DNA of 64,000 nt from contig OZ024743.1 in assembly GCA_964016885.1 (NCBI GenBank), positions 232,438,001 to 232,502,000 on the forward strand. The letters run 5' to 3'. Shown piece by piece: positions 41,604-55,326 of this stretch. Every line of letters begins with the position of its first letter. Position 1 is the stretch's first letter. Both the position numbers and the translations under genes were made by a program. The notes below the pieces were generated by a model. It was not told where the DNA came from. It saw only the letters and a list, made by a program, of their open reading frames with translations, and did not search any database. This DNA comes from Eledone cirrhosa. Lineage: Eukaryota.

Positions 41604-44600
41604 CTACAGGATGGTATACAGAGAAGGCCCATTTACACGAGCCATTCTCGCCACTATCACCCACCTTTCATCAAACCGCCTGTGGCCAAGCACCTCTCTC
41701 TCCATTCTTATCCTTCTTCCGAAGTGATATCGGAAGAAGTAGACCAGACTATGGCCAGAGAGGAAGTTGCCTGACCTCAGACCTTTCAATCGTGTCCACC
41801 AAACAACCTCTTTCAACATGGCTATTACGCACAGAAAACCGCCTTTGCTTCCTTTGTGAAGAGGGGAGGCGGTTTGATTGTCATCACGGACTCGGTGATC
41901 AATTGAATCGGTGCCACCCGCGACAGCAGTCGTTCGGCGTAGCCCCACAGATCAGCCACGCCCGGACATTGCACCAATGCGTGCGCAACGGTTTCTTCGT
42001 GACGCACGCATCTAGGGCAAATCTTTTTTGAGGGATCCCTGCCCGGGCGCCCGTGTCTGTAGAGCCTCTCTCGAACGGGTAGAGCCCCTCGCTAGCACTG
42101 CCAGGCGAGTGACTTCTGGAAGTTGTCCATTGGTCCTGGGCCGAAAGTCCTACCGAACAGGCTGGCCAGTTCGTCTTCTTCCATGTCCAGCGACTCTCGA
42201 AGGGTGTCATCGCCCCTGCTAGCCACCAGCCCTCTATAGAATGATGAGGTGGATTCTCCACCGATGGCCTGGCCTGCTTGCCAGAGAGCCCTGAGCGCCT
42301 GAGCACACTCAGTGTGCCAGTCTCCCAGTTTTCCGGATCTTTGCTTGACCCAGGACTGTAGCTCGGTGAGCGAGACGAGTCTCGGAAAGGCTCGTTTCAC
42401 GAACGGAGCCCACACCGGTTGACCAGTGAGGAATACCTGTAGGTGCCGTAGCCTTAATGCGTGCCTACGCATCATCAACAACGGCATCCCCAGCCCTCCT
42501 TTCGAAGGTTGTTGGCAGCAGATGGATCTTCTCACCATAGGAGGGCGCTTCTTCCAAAGAAATTGGAAGAGCATGCGTTCCATGGGGGTGAGTGTTTCCT
42601 TAGGGCAAGGCACGACAGTCAGGCGGTAGTAAGTGACGGACGCTATGTAAATGTTCGCCAACTCCGCCCGGCCTTTTAGGGACAGCTTACACTTAGCCCA
42701 TTTCTGGGTTAGTGCAAACACCTTGTTCGTAACCTCGTTCCAGTTCTTTTCCACCTGGAGGTCCAGTCCAAACCAGACCTCAAGCAACTTTAGCGGGCCC
42801 TCCGTCCAGTATCCGACGACACCGTCGGGAGGCATTGGTCTGCCTCTCCACGTTCCGAGTTGCAGCCCGATGGATTTTTCCCGGTTCAGTTTCGCTCCTG
42901 ACAACCTTTCGTAATCCTCCAGTAAGGTACCGATCGCCTCGATCTCCGAGTCGGTCGATACCATTACTGTTACGTGATCGGCGTAGGCCGACACCGCTTT
43001 GCTCAATCCTGGTTCCAGGGGGATACCCTGCAACGACTCCAACTTCCTCAGTAAAGGCTCGAGAGTCAATACGTACAGAAGGGAGGAGAGAGGGCACCCC
43101 TGTCGAATGGATCGTGTGATTTCGAACGGCTTCAAAAGGTAGCCGTTCACCTTGATCCTAGAACAGATGTGGTTGCTATGTAAGGAAGTGATCCAGCCTC
43201 TGAAAACAGGACCGAACCCAGCCGCCGCTAGCACCGCATCCAGGTAACCATGGTCGACCCTATCGAAAGCCTTAGACTGATCCAAGTTGATCTGGGCCCC
43301 ACCGAAGCCGGGTTTGTTGACAACCCTCTCTATGATGTATCGCATGAGGTGGAGGTTATCGTGAATGGACCTGGATGGGATAGCACGTGTCTGCGCATCT
43401 CCCACCAGGCCACCCACGACAAGCGCCAACCTCTTTGCTAACACCTTGGCCAAAATCTTTAACTCTGTGTTTAGCACGGTTATGGGCCGAAAATTATTTA
43501 TACTATCTCCCTTGTTCTCGTCCTTCCTCACCAGCGTGACTACGCCCTTGGCTACAGAACAATGAATTCTCCCGTTCTGCTGCCAATTGCAGTAGACCGC
43601 TTCGAGGAGTTCGGAGAAGAAGACCGGCATTGCTAAATAAAGTTCGTAAGGTATACCATCGAGACCTGGAGATTTGCGTCTGCTGCATTGGCTCAGCGCA
43701 TCTCCGATCTCATCAGCCGAGATTGGCCCCTCGCAGGACTCTGCCTCTTCGCTCGAGAGACGCGGTAGGCCGTCGAGGTATGGACCGAAATCCACGCCCC
43801 CGCCCGGACCCTCGCCTCCCCCGAACAATCGGGCAAAGTGCCTTTGAAAGGCCTCGCACATCTGCTTAGGCTCCCGGATCACCCGTCCATCTTCGTCTTG
43901 CAACGACCGGATGGTGGATCGATTTCCACTCTTAGCTTCTGTCACGCGGGCCTAGCCAACGGCTTTGGCCCCCTCATTACCTAGAGCACGTATTTTACTT
44001 CGAATGACGCAGCCTTCGTTCTTTGCATCGAAAAACTGGTTCAAGGCCGTCCTCGATGCCAGCACTCTGGCCACATATTCGCTCTTGATTGCCTCTTCTA
44101 ATTTACCTGTTAATTCTTTCTCGTTTCTATTCCTATCGGCAGCTAACATCTTGCTATAACTTATTGATTCTGTTCTAATCTCTCTTTTGAGAGATGCCCA
44201 CCATCGGTTGTTGACGATTGCACCCGTCAACCTCTACTTAACTAATCTGCTAATCCGGTTTCTGTAAGTCTCTTTTGCCGGTAAAGACAAATTAAGTTTC
44301 CAGTAACCGGGACCCTGTTTATGTGTTTTCTCGAGATTGACTACGCAGGTCACTAATTTGTGATCCGTGTAGCCAACCGTGCGCATTTCTGGACAGCTTA
44401 ATATGTCCCTATCCTTACTTCTAACTAAGAATCTATCTAAGTACGGTGGTTTCTCCAAGTCCAGGTAGGCACAGTTGGAAAATCTAGTCGATATCTATCG
44501 ACCAAGTTAAAACGGTCGAGTAACCCCTTGAGGATGTTACACCCCCTTCTATTAGGACATGCTCCTGCATAGTCCCAACGTGCATCTAGGATGTCATTCC

Positions 44601-45024
44601 AATCCCCCGCTAGAAGCAGGGAACACGACGTTCCCAGAAAAGTCTCCAAACGCTGGAAGAAGTCGGGCCGTTCAGCTCCAAAAGGGGAGTAGACGGCAAC
44701 CAGTCTCAAGGCCGCACTTTCACTACTGCCAACGTCTAGCACCAACAAACGACCCTCCGGGTCCGAGTGCACAACTTGTACGTCAAGACCCAGGTGTTTT
44801 TGCAGCAGTACGACAACCCCACCCTCACCTCCAGGTTGACAGAGAGATGCATGCACCTCAAAGTCATCGAAGGTGGGGGCCAGCTGCCGCACGACGCTGA
44901 TTCGAGTCTCACAGATAACCATTACATTTATACTACATGACCTGAGGTCATTTAGAAGCTTTGCTTGCTTCCAAGTTGAGCCCAGGCCACGTGCATTCAA
45001 ACATCCTACTCTTAACACATCCAT
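41604..45024 (-). pseudogene. ORF2 (APE endonuclease, reverse transcriptase, C-terminal zinc finger), disrupted
   Basis: LNARGL, ETR, GDWN, YLDRFL, TDHK, GYWKLN, KSPGLDG, FRPITVLN, DQSKAFDRV, RQGCPLS, YADH (from YADD); split by stops and frameshifts. Confidence 0.92.
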
Positions 45025-45057
45025 GTGGGCGGCAGAGCCAAAGGAGAGTGTAGAGAC

Positions 45058-46791
45058 CTACCTTTCCGCTTCCCGGGGTTCGGGTTGCACGACTTCCATG
45101 GGGTCGGGGGTGCTGGGTGAAGGGGTGTCTTGTGGTGGTGTGGGGTCGTCAGTGTGTGGTGGGGTTGGGGTGTTTGGAGTTGTGTTGGGGAGGGGAAGGG
45201 GAGGGGGAAAGCTTTTTAGTAGGACGTGGTTTATGGGTTTGACAGAGGGTGGTCCTACGTCCTCCTTAAAATCCTTTTTTAGTTTTTGGTAGAGGTTCAT
45301 TGGGATCTTTATTAATTTTAAATGTGGGTAGTCTTCTGAAGAAACAAAGTTTACACCTTCGGTTTGTACCGAAGGATTATTGTTTATGAGTTCATTTAAT
45401 TTATTATTGTTTCTGTTGATGTAAGTATTGTGTAATGTCTTTTTTTTCGGATGGTGTGAGTGTTTCGAAGAGGGGGGGGGGGCAGGTTTGGTTTTGTTTG
45501 TTGCTGGAGGGGTGTTTTCTGTTTTGTTGGATTGTGTTGAGATTTGGGTGGGGGTTGTTTGGCCTTGTGTGTTTTGCACATGTTTTCTTTTTTCCCTTTT
45601 AATCTGTCTGAAGGACTCCGTTTCTTCCTCCGAATTCGTTGGGTTATCTTCAGTGTTGGAGGGAAGAGGTATGTTTGCTGGTAATGTTTCCGTGTTGGTT
45701 TTATTTGTGGGGGAGATGGATGTCACTATGTTAGACTGTGTTGTGTGTTGTGTCTGCGGTGGTTGTGTTGTTTTATTGAGTGAGAGGTTGGGTGGGCCTG
45801 TATTTTGTTTTGGGGTAATGTGTTGTGACTGTTTGTGTTGTGGTGGTGGTGTGGTTTTACTGAGGGACGGGTTGGGTGGGACTGAGTTTTGTTGTTTGTT
45901 TATCTGTTGTGGTGGTGGTGGTTGAGCTGGTGTTGGTAGCAGGATTTTCTTTTTGTTGAGTTGGGGACAAGCGGCCTTCATGTGCCCTCTGCCTGCACAG
46001 ATATGGCAGGACGGCCTTCTCCCCTCCTCGCTAATGTTTATATACCCGTGGCCCTCTAATAGGATTCTGTCGGGTATTTGGGCGATGCGTTCAGGATTCA
46101 TTTGCACTACCAGCTCTATACCTGTTCCACTGAACGCATTGCCTGTGGTTTTCCCAATGGAAATCACGTTGTCATTCACTGGATCGATGAAGCCAGCTAT
46201 GAGCCAGCAGTAGTCCACATCTGGCATCATTGCATCCAGCCATATGCGTTGAGTTCTTTTACCCATATAAGATGGATAAAAGGGAAAATTGTTCGAACGA
46301 ATCGGTGACAAAGCACATTTTTTTGCCGCCGATTCGTTCTTCATGATAATTGCTAGGCTTCCATACAGTCTGTCTTTTCTTATGAAAGTGGTTTCATTAA
46401 GTACTTCTATGAGTACTGTTTTGATATCTGCTTGAGAAGGCTGTTCAGGTTTTTTTGAAGTGTTGTTGATGGTGCGGAACTTGACCGTTCGGCTTTCAAT
46501 GTCTTTGGTGAATTCTTGAGGCATTTTTACCGATAAAATACCATTCTCTCCTTCACTTATGTATTGTTTGGCGTCTGTGATTCTTCGTGCCACATCTGAA
46601 ATATTTTCGGGTATATAAGTCAAAAATTTCTTTGTTGTTTGTGCAAATGAAATCTTCACTCTGTCGTCTGCTTTGCTTTCTGCTATGGTGTTATTTTCAA
46701 ATGTTATTTTTGTGTTTGTTGTGTCTTTGTTTGTGGTGTTAGTATTGTCATGCAATTTTTCAAATTTTTTTTTTTCGTTGTTGGAATCCAT
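45058..46791 (-). CDS. Retrotransposon ORF1 (gag-like, CCHC zinc knuckle, Pro/Thr-rich tail)
   Basis: 577-aa open frame with CHICAGRGHMKAAC, directly upstream of ORF2. Confidence 0.85.
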   Translation of the reverse strand: MDSNNEKKKFEKLHDNTNTTNKDTTNTKITFENNTIAESKADDRVKISFAQTTKKFLTYIPENISDVARRITDAKQYISEGENGILSVKMPQEFTKDIESRTVKFRTINNTSKKPEQPSQADIKTVLIEVLNETTFIRKDRLYGSLAIIMKNESAAKKCALSPIRSNNFPFYPSYMGKRTQRIWLDAMMPDVDYCWLIAGFIDPVNDNVISIGKTTGNAFSGTGIELVVQMNPERIAQIPDRILLEGHGYINISEEGRRPSCHICAGRGHMKAACPQLNKKKILLPTPAQPPPPQQINKQQNSVPPNPSLSKTTPPPQHKQSQHITPKQNTGPPNLSLNKTTQPPQTQHTTQSNIVTSISPTNKTNTETLPANIPLPSNTEDNPTNSEEETESFRQIKREKRKHVQNTQGQTTPTQISTQSNKTENTPPATNKTKPAPPPSSKHSHHPKKKTLHNTYINRNNNKLNELINNNPSVQTEGVNFVSSEDYPHLKLIKIPMNLYQKLKKDFKEDVGPPSVKPINHVLLKSFPPPLPLPNTTPNTPTPPHTDDPTPPQDTPSPSTPDPMEVVQPEPREAER

Positions 46792-47192
46792 GTCCAGATT
46801 TGTGTTTTCGTCATTTTTCTCCGCAGATTCGTCTGTTTTTATTTTAATGTTTCCTTCCTTCTCTATGACGTTAGTTGGGAAGGAAGGGGGGGACTAAAGC
46901 GTGCGAGCTTACAACTCTTACCGCTGTCCCCCCCCACCACTATTTTCGTTCGCTTCGTTCAACATTTCTGTCAGACGATTGAAATTTTTTTGCCACAAAA
47001 TTTTTAAAACAGGTTTTTCACCTCTAGGAGGGGTAAAGATGAGCTGACCCACCGTCTGACAGTTCAGACGGGGGGTCAAGCTACACAATGGTATCAAAAT
47101 TAAATTTGAACTCACAAACTTTCCGTAATAAATTTGAACAAAACTTCTGCGCGAAGTAAATTACATCCACACTGTAGAACAGACGACAGCTA

Positions 47193-47193
47193 G

Positions 47194-47280
<87 letters not shown>
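47193..47280 (+). repeat. (GATA)n between the two LINEs
   Basis: Direct inspection. Confidence 0.95.
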
Positions 47281-50200
47281 TTCTTTATTTGCCACAAGGG
47301 CGCACAAGAAAAGGGGACAATACAAAAACACATGCCGGGGATTTTACATACAGTCGTGTAAAAAAAAAACAAAAAAAAACAGTTATAACAATCGAAATCC
47401 CCAATAGGGGGGAGACGCCACAAATGGGTTGTTTAATATTCCGTCGATAGAACAACCCTCAACTTCAGGAGCGTGTTCTGCAAGTGCTCCCTTCTTTCTT
47501 TTGCTCTCTTCTTTAACCTACAGGCTTATAAACAGAGAAGGCTCTATTCTCTCGGGCCATTTTCGCTTCATTCACCCGCCTTTCAGTAAATTTACTGGGG
47601 TGCAGTGCCTCTCTCTCCACTCTGATTCTCTTTCTAAAGTGATACTTAAAGAAGGGAATCAATTGTTGTCCGGAGAGAAAGGCATCTGTCCTCAGTCCTC
47701 TCAATCTCGTCCACCATATAACCTCTTTCACCATAGCCACTGTACAAAGGAAAACGCCTCTCTTTCGTTTTTGAAAGAGGCTGGCGGTTTGATCCTTACT
47801 ATGGACTCGGCAGTCAACTGGATTTGTCCCATACGCGACAGCAGTTATTCTGCATAGTTCCACATGCCGCTTATGCCCGGGCACTGTACAATTGCGTGCA
47901 AGACGGTTTCAATGTCCTGCGCGCATCTTGGACACGTCCTCTTTGAAGGATCCGTGCCTGTAGATCTTGTCTCGAACGGGTAGAGCTCCTCGGTAGCACT
48001 GACTGTTAGGCCAGAGACCTCTGTAAGTTGTCCATAGGTCTCCATATGTCTCGGGCGGAAAGTCCTACCAAAGAGACTTCTGAGCTATCGTCTTTGACGC
48101 CCAGAGTCTCCCCGAGCATGTCGTCGCACTTGTAAAGTACTAACCCTCTATAGAATGTCGAAGTGGAATCTCCACAGATTGTTTTGCCCGCTTGACAGAG
48201 GACTGTGAGTGCCTGGGCGCATTCAACGTGCCGGGCGACCATCTTCTTTGGTCTTCGCTTGACCCAGGACTGCAGCTCCGTCAGCGAGACAAGTTGTGGG
48301 AATGCCTGTCTCACAAACGGTGCCCACACCGGTTGGTCGGTAAGGAATACCTGGAGTTGCGGTAGCCTCAGCGTTGTTTGCGCATCATTAGCCACGGCAT
48401 GCCCAGCCCTCCGTTGGAAGGGTGTTGACAGCAGACGGATCTCCTCACCAGTGGAGCCTGCTTCTTCCCCAGGAACTAGAAGAGCATGCGTTCCATCTTG
48501 GTGAGGTATTCACGGGGACAAGGCACGACAGTCAAGCAGTAGTAGATGACGGACGCTATGAAAGTGTTCGCCACCTCCGCTCGACCTTTCAAAGACAGTT
48601 TGCTCTCCGCCCACATCTGGGTGAGCGCAAATACCTTGGCCATGACCTCGTTCCAGTTTTTCTCCACCTGGAGGTCTGGACCGAACCAAACTCCGAGCAA
48701 TTTTACTGGTCCTTCCGTCCAGCGTCTGACGACGCTGTCGCACGTCATCGGTTCGCCTCGCCACATTCCAAGTTGCAAACCGACAAACATGTCCGGGTAC
48801 AGTTTTGCTCCTGTGAAACGTTCGTATTCCTGTAGTAGGTTGCCGATTACCTCGATTTCCGAGGTTTTCGACACCATCACCGTCATGTCGTCGGCATAAG
48901 CTGACGCCGCTTTTCGCAGTCCCGGTTCTAAAGGGATTCCCTGTAAAACCTCCAGCTTCCGCATTCGTGGCTCTAGAGTCAATACGTACAGAATGGAGGA
49001 GAGAGGGCATCTCTGTCGAATGGAACGCGTGATTGCTAACGGCTCCGATAGGTAGCCGTTCACCTTGACCTTCGAGCAGATGCTGGTGTGCATCGCCTTG
49101 ATCCAGCCTCTGAACACGGGACCGAAACCGGCCCCCTTGAGAGCCGCTTGCAAATATCGATGGTCGACCATATCGAATGCCTTAGACTGATCTAAATTGA
49201 TCAGATCCCCACCGAAGCCGGGTTTATAACCCACTCTCTCTATGATGTATCGCATGAGGTGGAGGTTGTCGTGTATGGACCTAGTCGGGATTGCACACGT
49301 TTGCGCTTTCCCTTCCAAGTTTTCGACGACAAGCGCCAGCCTCGTTGCTAGCACCTTGGCCAAAATCTTTAACTCTATGTTGAGCAGAGTTATGGGCCTG
49401 AAATTGTTTATTTCGTCCTCCTTGTTCTCGTCTTTCCTGATCAGCGTTTCTACGCCCTTTCCTGCAGAACTGGGAATTGTCCCGTTCTGCTGCCAATTGC
49501 AGTAGACGGCTTCGAGGACGCATACTAAAGTCCGGCATACCTATGTAAAACTCATAGGGTAGACTATCTAGACCGGGTGATTTGCGTTTCCTGTAGCGGC
49601 CCAGAGCGTCCTGTATCTCAGTGTCCGTGATCGGTATTTCGCAGAACTCTGCGTCCATGCTCGAGAGACGTGGCAGGCCCTCGAGGTATGAACCAAACTC
49701 CATTGCCTCGTTCGGTGCCCTGTCATTCTTCTCAAACAGTCGCGCAGTGTGCTGCTGAAAGGCCGCGCACATCTGCTTGGGGTTAAGTAGCACGCGTCCG
49801 TTGTGATCTTTCAAAGACCGAATCGTGGCCTTGTTGCCATTTTTCGCTTCCGCCCAGCTAACAGATTTTTCTCCCTCGTTTCCTAGAGCACATGATTTAC
49901 TTCTGACTACGCAGCCTTCGTGTTTCGCGTCGAATAACTGGTCCAGTGCCGTTCTCGATGCTAGCACTCTAGCTGCGTTGCCACTCCTAAGCGCCTCTTC
50001 TACCTTCGCTACTAGTTCTGTTTCTGATTTGTATTTCTCTAAAGCTAATTCTCTGCTAAACCCTATCGATTCTACTCTAATTGCTCTCTTGAGAGAGTAC
50101 CACCATCTATTGTTGACGATGGCTCCCGTCAACTCTTGCTTAACTAATCTACTTATCCATTCACTGTAGTCTCTTCGTGCCGGCAACGACACGTTCAGCT

Positions 50201-52937
50201 TCCAGTATCCGGGTCCTTGCCTATGTATTATATCACGGTTGACTATGCAGACGACTAGTTTGTGATCTGAATAGGCAACCATGTGCATTTGTGGACAGCT
50301 TAACATCTTCGTGTCGTTCTCTCTAATGAAAAACCTATCTAGATAAGATCTAAATGTCCCGCTGCGGTTTGCCCACGTCCACTGTGGTGTAGTCGGGAAA
50401 TCTAGTCGATACCTATCGGCCAGTTGGAATTGGCCGATTAGATTTTTTAGGCTGTTGCATCTCCCTCGACTGGGACATGCTCCCACATAGTCCCATCGTG
50501 CATCTAGGATACCATTCCAGTCCCCCACTAAAAGCAAGGAACGAGACGTTCCCAGAAAAGACTCTAGACGCTTAAAGAAGTCTGGCTGCGATTGTGATTG
50601 CCCGGTCGGGGCATAAACAGCCACCAGTCTGAAGGCTCCACCTCCAATACTGTTCAGGTCTAGGACTACCAGTCTACCCTCCGGGTGCAAGTGTACTTGC
50701 TGTACTTCGAGATCCAGGTATTTCCGAAACATGACAGTCACTCCCCCTCCACCTGCCGGCTGACAGAGAGATGCGTAGATCTTAAAGTCATTGAAGATGG
50801 GGGGTTAGTTGCTGCCTCTTGTGGATCCTGGACTCGGTGATGGCTATTACATCTATACCGTGTTACCTAAGGTCGTTTAAAAGTTGGTCCTGTTTCCAGG
50901 GCATCCCTAGGCCACGCTTCCAACTCGTAAGTCAGCCATGTTGGTGGAGAATAGTTGGCGAAAAGGACGAAAAGGTGCACTTACCTTTTCGTTTCCTGGA
51001 GATCGGGTTGTTCAATCTCCATTTCAGTTCTGGTGGGGGTGTTGAGTGGGGTGGGGAAACATGTCAACAGGTCACGGTTTATTGGTTTTTTCCTGTGAAA
51101 ACTGTTCTTTCAATTTCTGATAGGTTTCTATCGAAACCCTTAATAGTTTTAGGTGTGGTTTAGAGTTTGCTTTGAAAAAAGTTTTCCCCTCAGTTTCTAC
51201 TTTGGGGTCTTGCGAGATGACCTCCATTAGGTTTTTGTTGTTTGTGTTAATGTATGTGTATTGTTGTTTAGTTTTTGTTGTTTGTATTGTGTTGGTTTGT
51301 TGTTCATTTTGTAGTTTTATTTTTATGGTGGGCATTTGTGTTTGGTGCGGTGTTGCTGTTTGTTTTGCTGGTAGGGGGGGGTCATCGTGGTGGTGTTTGT
51401 GTTGTTGTTTGTGTTGGTGGTTGTGTGTTCGTGTTCGTGATTGTTGTTTTTGTGGCTTTGCGGTGTCTTTTTTTTATTTTTTTTTTTATTTCCGAGGCTC
51501 TCCTTTATCTTCACTTGGGGATGGAGAAGTAGCCTCGTCTGGTGATGAATCGTCATCAGAGGCATGGGGTATGGGTATGTTGCGTGGTGATGGTGTGTTT
51601 GTGTGTGTGATTGTGGTAGTGTTGGATGGAGTGGGATTGGGTGGGACTGTGTTTTTCAGGCGAATTGTTTGTGTTTTTTCTGCTGTTTGTGGTTGAACAG
51701 TTGTTTGTTTTTGTGTGTTTGCTTATTTTGTGTGTTGCTGTTGTTGTTGTGGTTTTGGAGTTGGTATTGGTAAAATAACTTTTTTTTTTGGAGGGGGGGG
51801 GGGGTCGTAAGAGGGGACAGGAGCCCTTTAAATGCGATGTTCTTGCGCATTAAAACAATGTGGCCTCCTTCAATCTGCCGAAATGTGGATGTAATTGGTG
51901 TTGTCTACTGGCACCCTTTCTGGTATCTTGGAAATTCTGTCCGGTTTCATTTGGACCAAAATTTCCAAGCTTGTGCCGTTCCAGGTGTTTCTTGTTGATT
52001 TTTGAATGGACAGTATTGTGTCTTCATCCTCCTCCAAGAACCCTGCCAGAATCCACCAGATGTTAATGTTGGGTGGTATATTGGTAATGTTTATTCTTTG
52101 TGTTCTTTTTCCCATGTATGTAGGGAAAAAAGTGTGTGTGGCAGAGGTGACCGGGGTCACTGAGTATTTGTTCACAAGGGCCTCACTTTTGAAGAGCACC
52201 GAAATGCTTCCATATAGTTTAGCCTTTTGTATGAATTGTATGTCTGGCATTGCCCTTTCAAGGCGATTTCAATTTCGCCTTGAGTAAGGAAAGCCGGTTT
52301 TTTTTGTTTGTTCAAAATCGTGCGAAAAATCACAGTCCATAGTGTCGGCTTTGATTTGTGGCGGAGAGGTGATTTTAAACCCCCTTTTTCCTCGAAGGTT
52401 ATATATTTTTTTCCTTTATTGATCATTTCCTTCGCATTGGAAATATCAATATTTGTAAAAGTTCCTTTGCTTATTGTGGCAAAAGATGTTTTATGGTTGC
52501 TGTTGTTGTTGTTGTCATTGTTGTCATTGTTGTTGTTGTTTTTGTTGTTCTCAATTGCTTGATTTGTGGTTGTGGCGTGCATTTGTGAAGTTGTGTTTTT
52601 TCTTGTTCAATATTTTTTTGTGCCGTTTGTGTTTCCATACTTTTGTTTTCATGGGATTTTTCTCGGTCACTACCTGTTGTCATAGTGACATTCATTTCAA
52701 CTCTCCCATTTCCACTTATAGCGGGAAACGTTTCAATTTTATCATTCATAGTTATAAAAACAATTTGTTATAAATTTTCTGAAAATGTCAATGACCCACC
52801 CACTGACGATTTAGTCGGAGGGTCAATTTATACAGTAGTATATTCTTTTAAACACATTTTTTTTGTTTTTTATAAGTAAAAACACAAAAACTTAACAGCG
52901 CGACTGGCACACAACTTCTTCTATCTCAGAAAAGTAG
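47280..52937 (-). mobile_element. L1/Tx1-clade non-LTR retrotransposon (copy 2, different subfamily, decayed)
   Basis: Fragmented ORF1 (~51000-52749; FFPTYMGKRTQRI matches copy 1) and ORF2; same AATAAAGAAA 3' end. Confidence 0.9.
47513..50920 (-). pseudogene. ORF2 (APE-RT-zinc finger), frameshifted
   Basis: LVAVYAP, GDWN, SYLDRF, SDHK, GYWKLN, KSPGLD, DQSKAFD, YADD, CPRC...ETVLHAIVQC. Confidence 0.9.
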
Positions 52938-52985
52938 GGATAAATACATAGATAGATAGATTTAGATACATACTTACTTACATAC

Positions 52986-54203
52986 ATGGTGGCTGCCAAC
53001 TCGTTTTCGAGTACGGCTACTACTTTATATCCATGTAGGAGAACCCCTACCAATGCGCTGAACGAGTGTGACTTTTTAGTCCAGCCAGCGACTTGAAAAC
53101 TCTGGTACAAACACTGCACCTGTGACAATTATTGACACATAGTGCTGGGCCCATGGTACCATGTGACGACAAGTGCAGAGAGATCTCCAGATATAAAGCA
53201 ATGCCTGTGCTGTGAAGCTTTTATAGTGAGCAAAGGCACTGCACAAAGCCAGTCCCACTCTCTTAACCAAGATGATACATACATACATACATACATACAT
53301 ACATACATACATACATACATACTAACATACATACTTACATACATACATTCGTACATACTTACATACATGATGGCTTCCCCCTTGTTATCGACTATGGCCA
53401 TTGCACGATATAACATTATTAATAATTAATTCTATCGTGCAATGCCTGTGCGTGAAGATATTTTTTAAAGTGAGGAAAGACTGTGCATTGAGCCAATCCC
53501 ACCATCTGAGCGACAGTAGCTATAACCCGAAAAGAAGAAAAGATCAACATACATACATACATACATACATACATACATACATACATACATACATGGTGGC
53601 TGCCAACTCGTTTTCGAGTACGGCCACTACTTTATATCCATGTAGGAGAACCCCTACGGATGCGCTGAACGAGTGTGACTTTTTAGTCCAGCCAGCGATT
53701 TGAAAACTCTGGTACAAACACTACACTTTTGACAATTATTGACACATAGTGCTGGGCCCATGGTACCATCTGACGACAAGTGCAGAGAGATCTCCAGATA
53801 TAAAGCAATGCCTGTGCCGTTAAGCTTTTATAGTGAGCAAAGGCACTGCACAAAGCCAGTCCCACTCTCTTAACCAAGATGATATGTACCAAAAAGAAGA
53901 ACAAGTCAACATCATTGGATACCATCAGGGTTGCAGGTGTTATATCAGAGTTTTCCTTCTCCTAGAATTCTGCCTTGACAAAGGCTAAGGGCTCATCTCT
54001 CCCGGTGATTGTGGATGGCCATTGACTCTTAAGAGCTCCTTTGCCCTTTGACAGGTTTTGTTTTTAGTCCTGCAGGATGTCCAAAGTCACCCTCCTCACC
54101 AAGAAACCTTGGTGGGGTTGCCAGTTTAGTTGCCAACGACCCGACCATGAGACAGGTTGTACTGGGATACATGTTACCAGTAGCACCAACTGGTGACCTG
54201 ACA
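52986..54203 (-). mobile_element. Cluster of non-autonomous RTE-derived elements in (CATA)n
   Basis: Truncated copy 52986-53277, diverged relative ~53368-53548, full copy 53593-54203; reverse complement of 10662-11271. Confidence 0.8.
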
Positions 54204-54439
54204 TACATACATAGTGCAAGATTTTCCCTGAAGTGAATTGCAAATCAAGGAAAAATACTCAATAACACAACAGAATAGTATAAAATAATATTTATTCAAA
54301 GTTGTGTCTTCGTGAGCTGCTATTACAAGTTTCCCATTACCGACCCCTACTCTTGAATCATATTCTACCACAGTAAAAATTGTCGGGTCTCCTCGAATGT
54401 GAATATATGACCGAAGGATTAGCAAATATAGTGTTCCAC

Positions 54440-55295
54440 CGACTTCGTCATAAGAATTTCTCCTCCACGACTGCCATGAGGAACACGTCTTGGGTTCTCC
54501 TCTCTTCAGAAAGGTGCATCCTCGCGAAGTGAGGGTAATATTTTGCTGATCTTCTAAACCTGGTCACAACAGCATCTTCTGGTATACCCGTGCATCTAGA
54601 AGCGATGGTTAATCTTTTGGGGGCTGAGGTCACATGAGCGATTAAAGAGCTCAAATGTGGCAAGGCCGCAGAAGAAAAGGAAATTCAGCCGGGTTGCCGA
54701 AAGCCTTAAATTGAGAAGGTATTCTCTGGTTGACTCGTATGCGCCTGGTGGCCTAGATCGAGAGTTAAAATCCCAAATTTCAAAACAGGAGGCAAGATAG
54801 GTTGATTCAATTATAGACGGATCTCCTTGGAAAGCATCCCTGGTAACGTATATGCTAAGTGTCTGGAAAAGATGTTATGGATTGGTGGAAGGCAGGAGGC
54901 TGAATTAAGTGCAAACATTGCAGGAGCTGGTATGGTAATGTCCCAGCTTCAGCATTCGGTCATCAGAAGTAGGGAGGTAGGTCTAAAAGCCTAACTCGTT
55001 ATCTTCAATTCGGACATGGGGTTAGATCGTCTCACGAAAGAATCGCTGGATTGATTTTACGGGCAAAACCAGCCTGCAGGAGACCCATGGATCAACCCAG
55101 ATAAAGGTGGTTGGAAATCATCCATGAGTTCGGCTGGGGGGTCTAGCCAGAGCATTTGCAGATTGTTGCTTCTGACAGGACTCGCTAGTGGGCACGAAGA
55201 AGAAGAAGAAGAAGAAGAAGAAGAAGAAGAAGAAGAAGAAGAAGAAGAAGAAGAAGAAGAAGAAGAAGAAGAAGAAGAAGAAGAAGAAGAAGAAG

Positions 55296-55325
<30 letters not shown>
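54440..55325 (+). mobile_element. Highly decayed RTE-like LINE remnant with (GAA)n tail
   Basis: RT-like remnant ISL/SIPGNVYAKCLEK near 54820-54870; terminal (GAA)n. Confidence 0.5.

Positions 55326-55326
<1 letters not shown>

Larger units (their letters stand above)
41389..47190 (-). mobile_element. Full-length L1/Tx1-clade non-LTR retrotransposon (copy 1, defective)
   Basis: ORF1 plus APE-RT-CCHC ORF2; 3' end AATAAAGAAA; (GATA)n on both sides. Confidence 0.92.
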
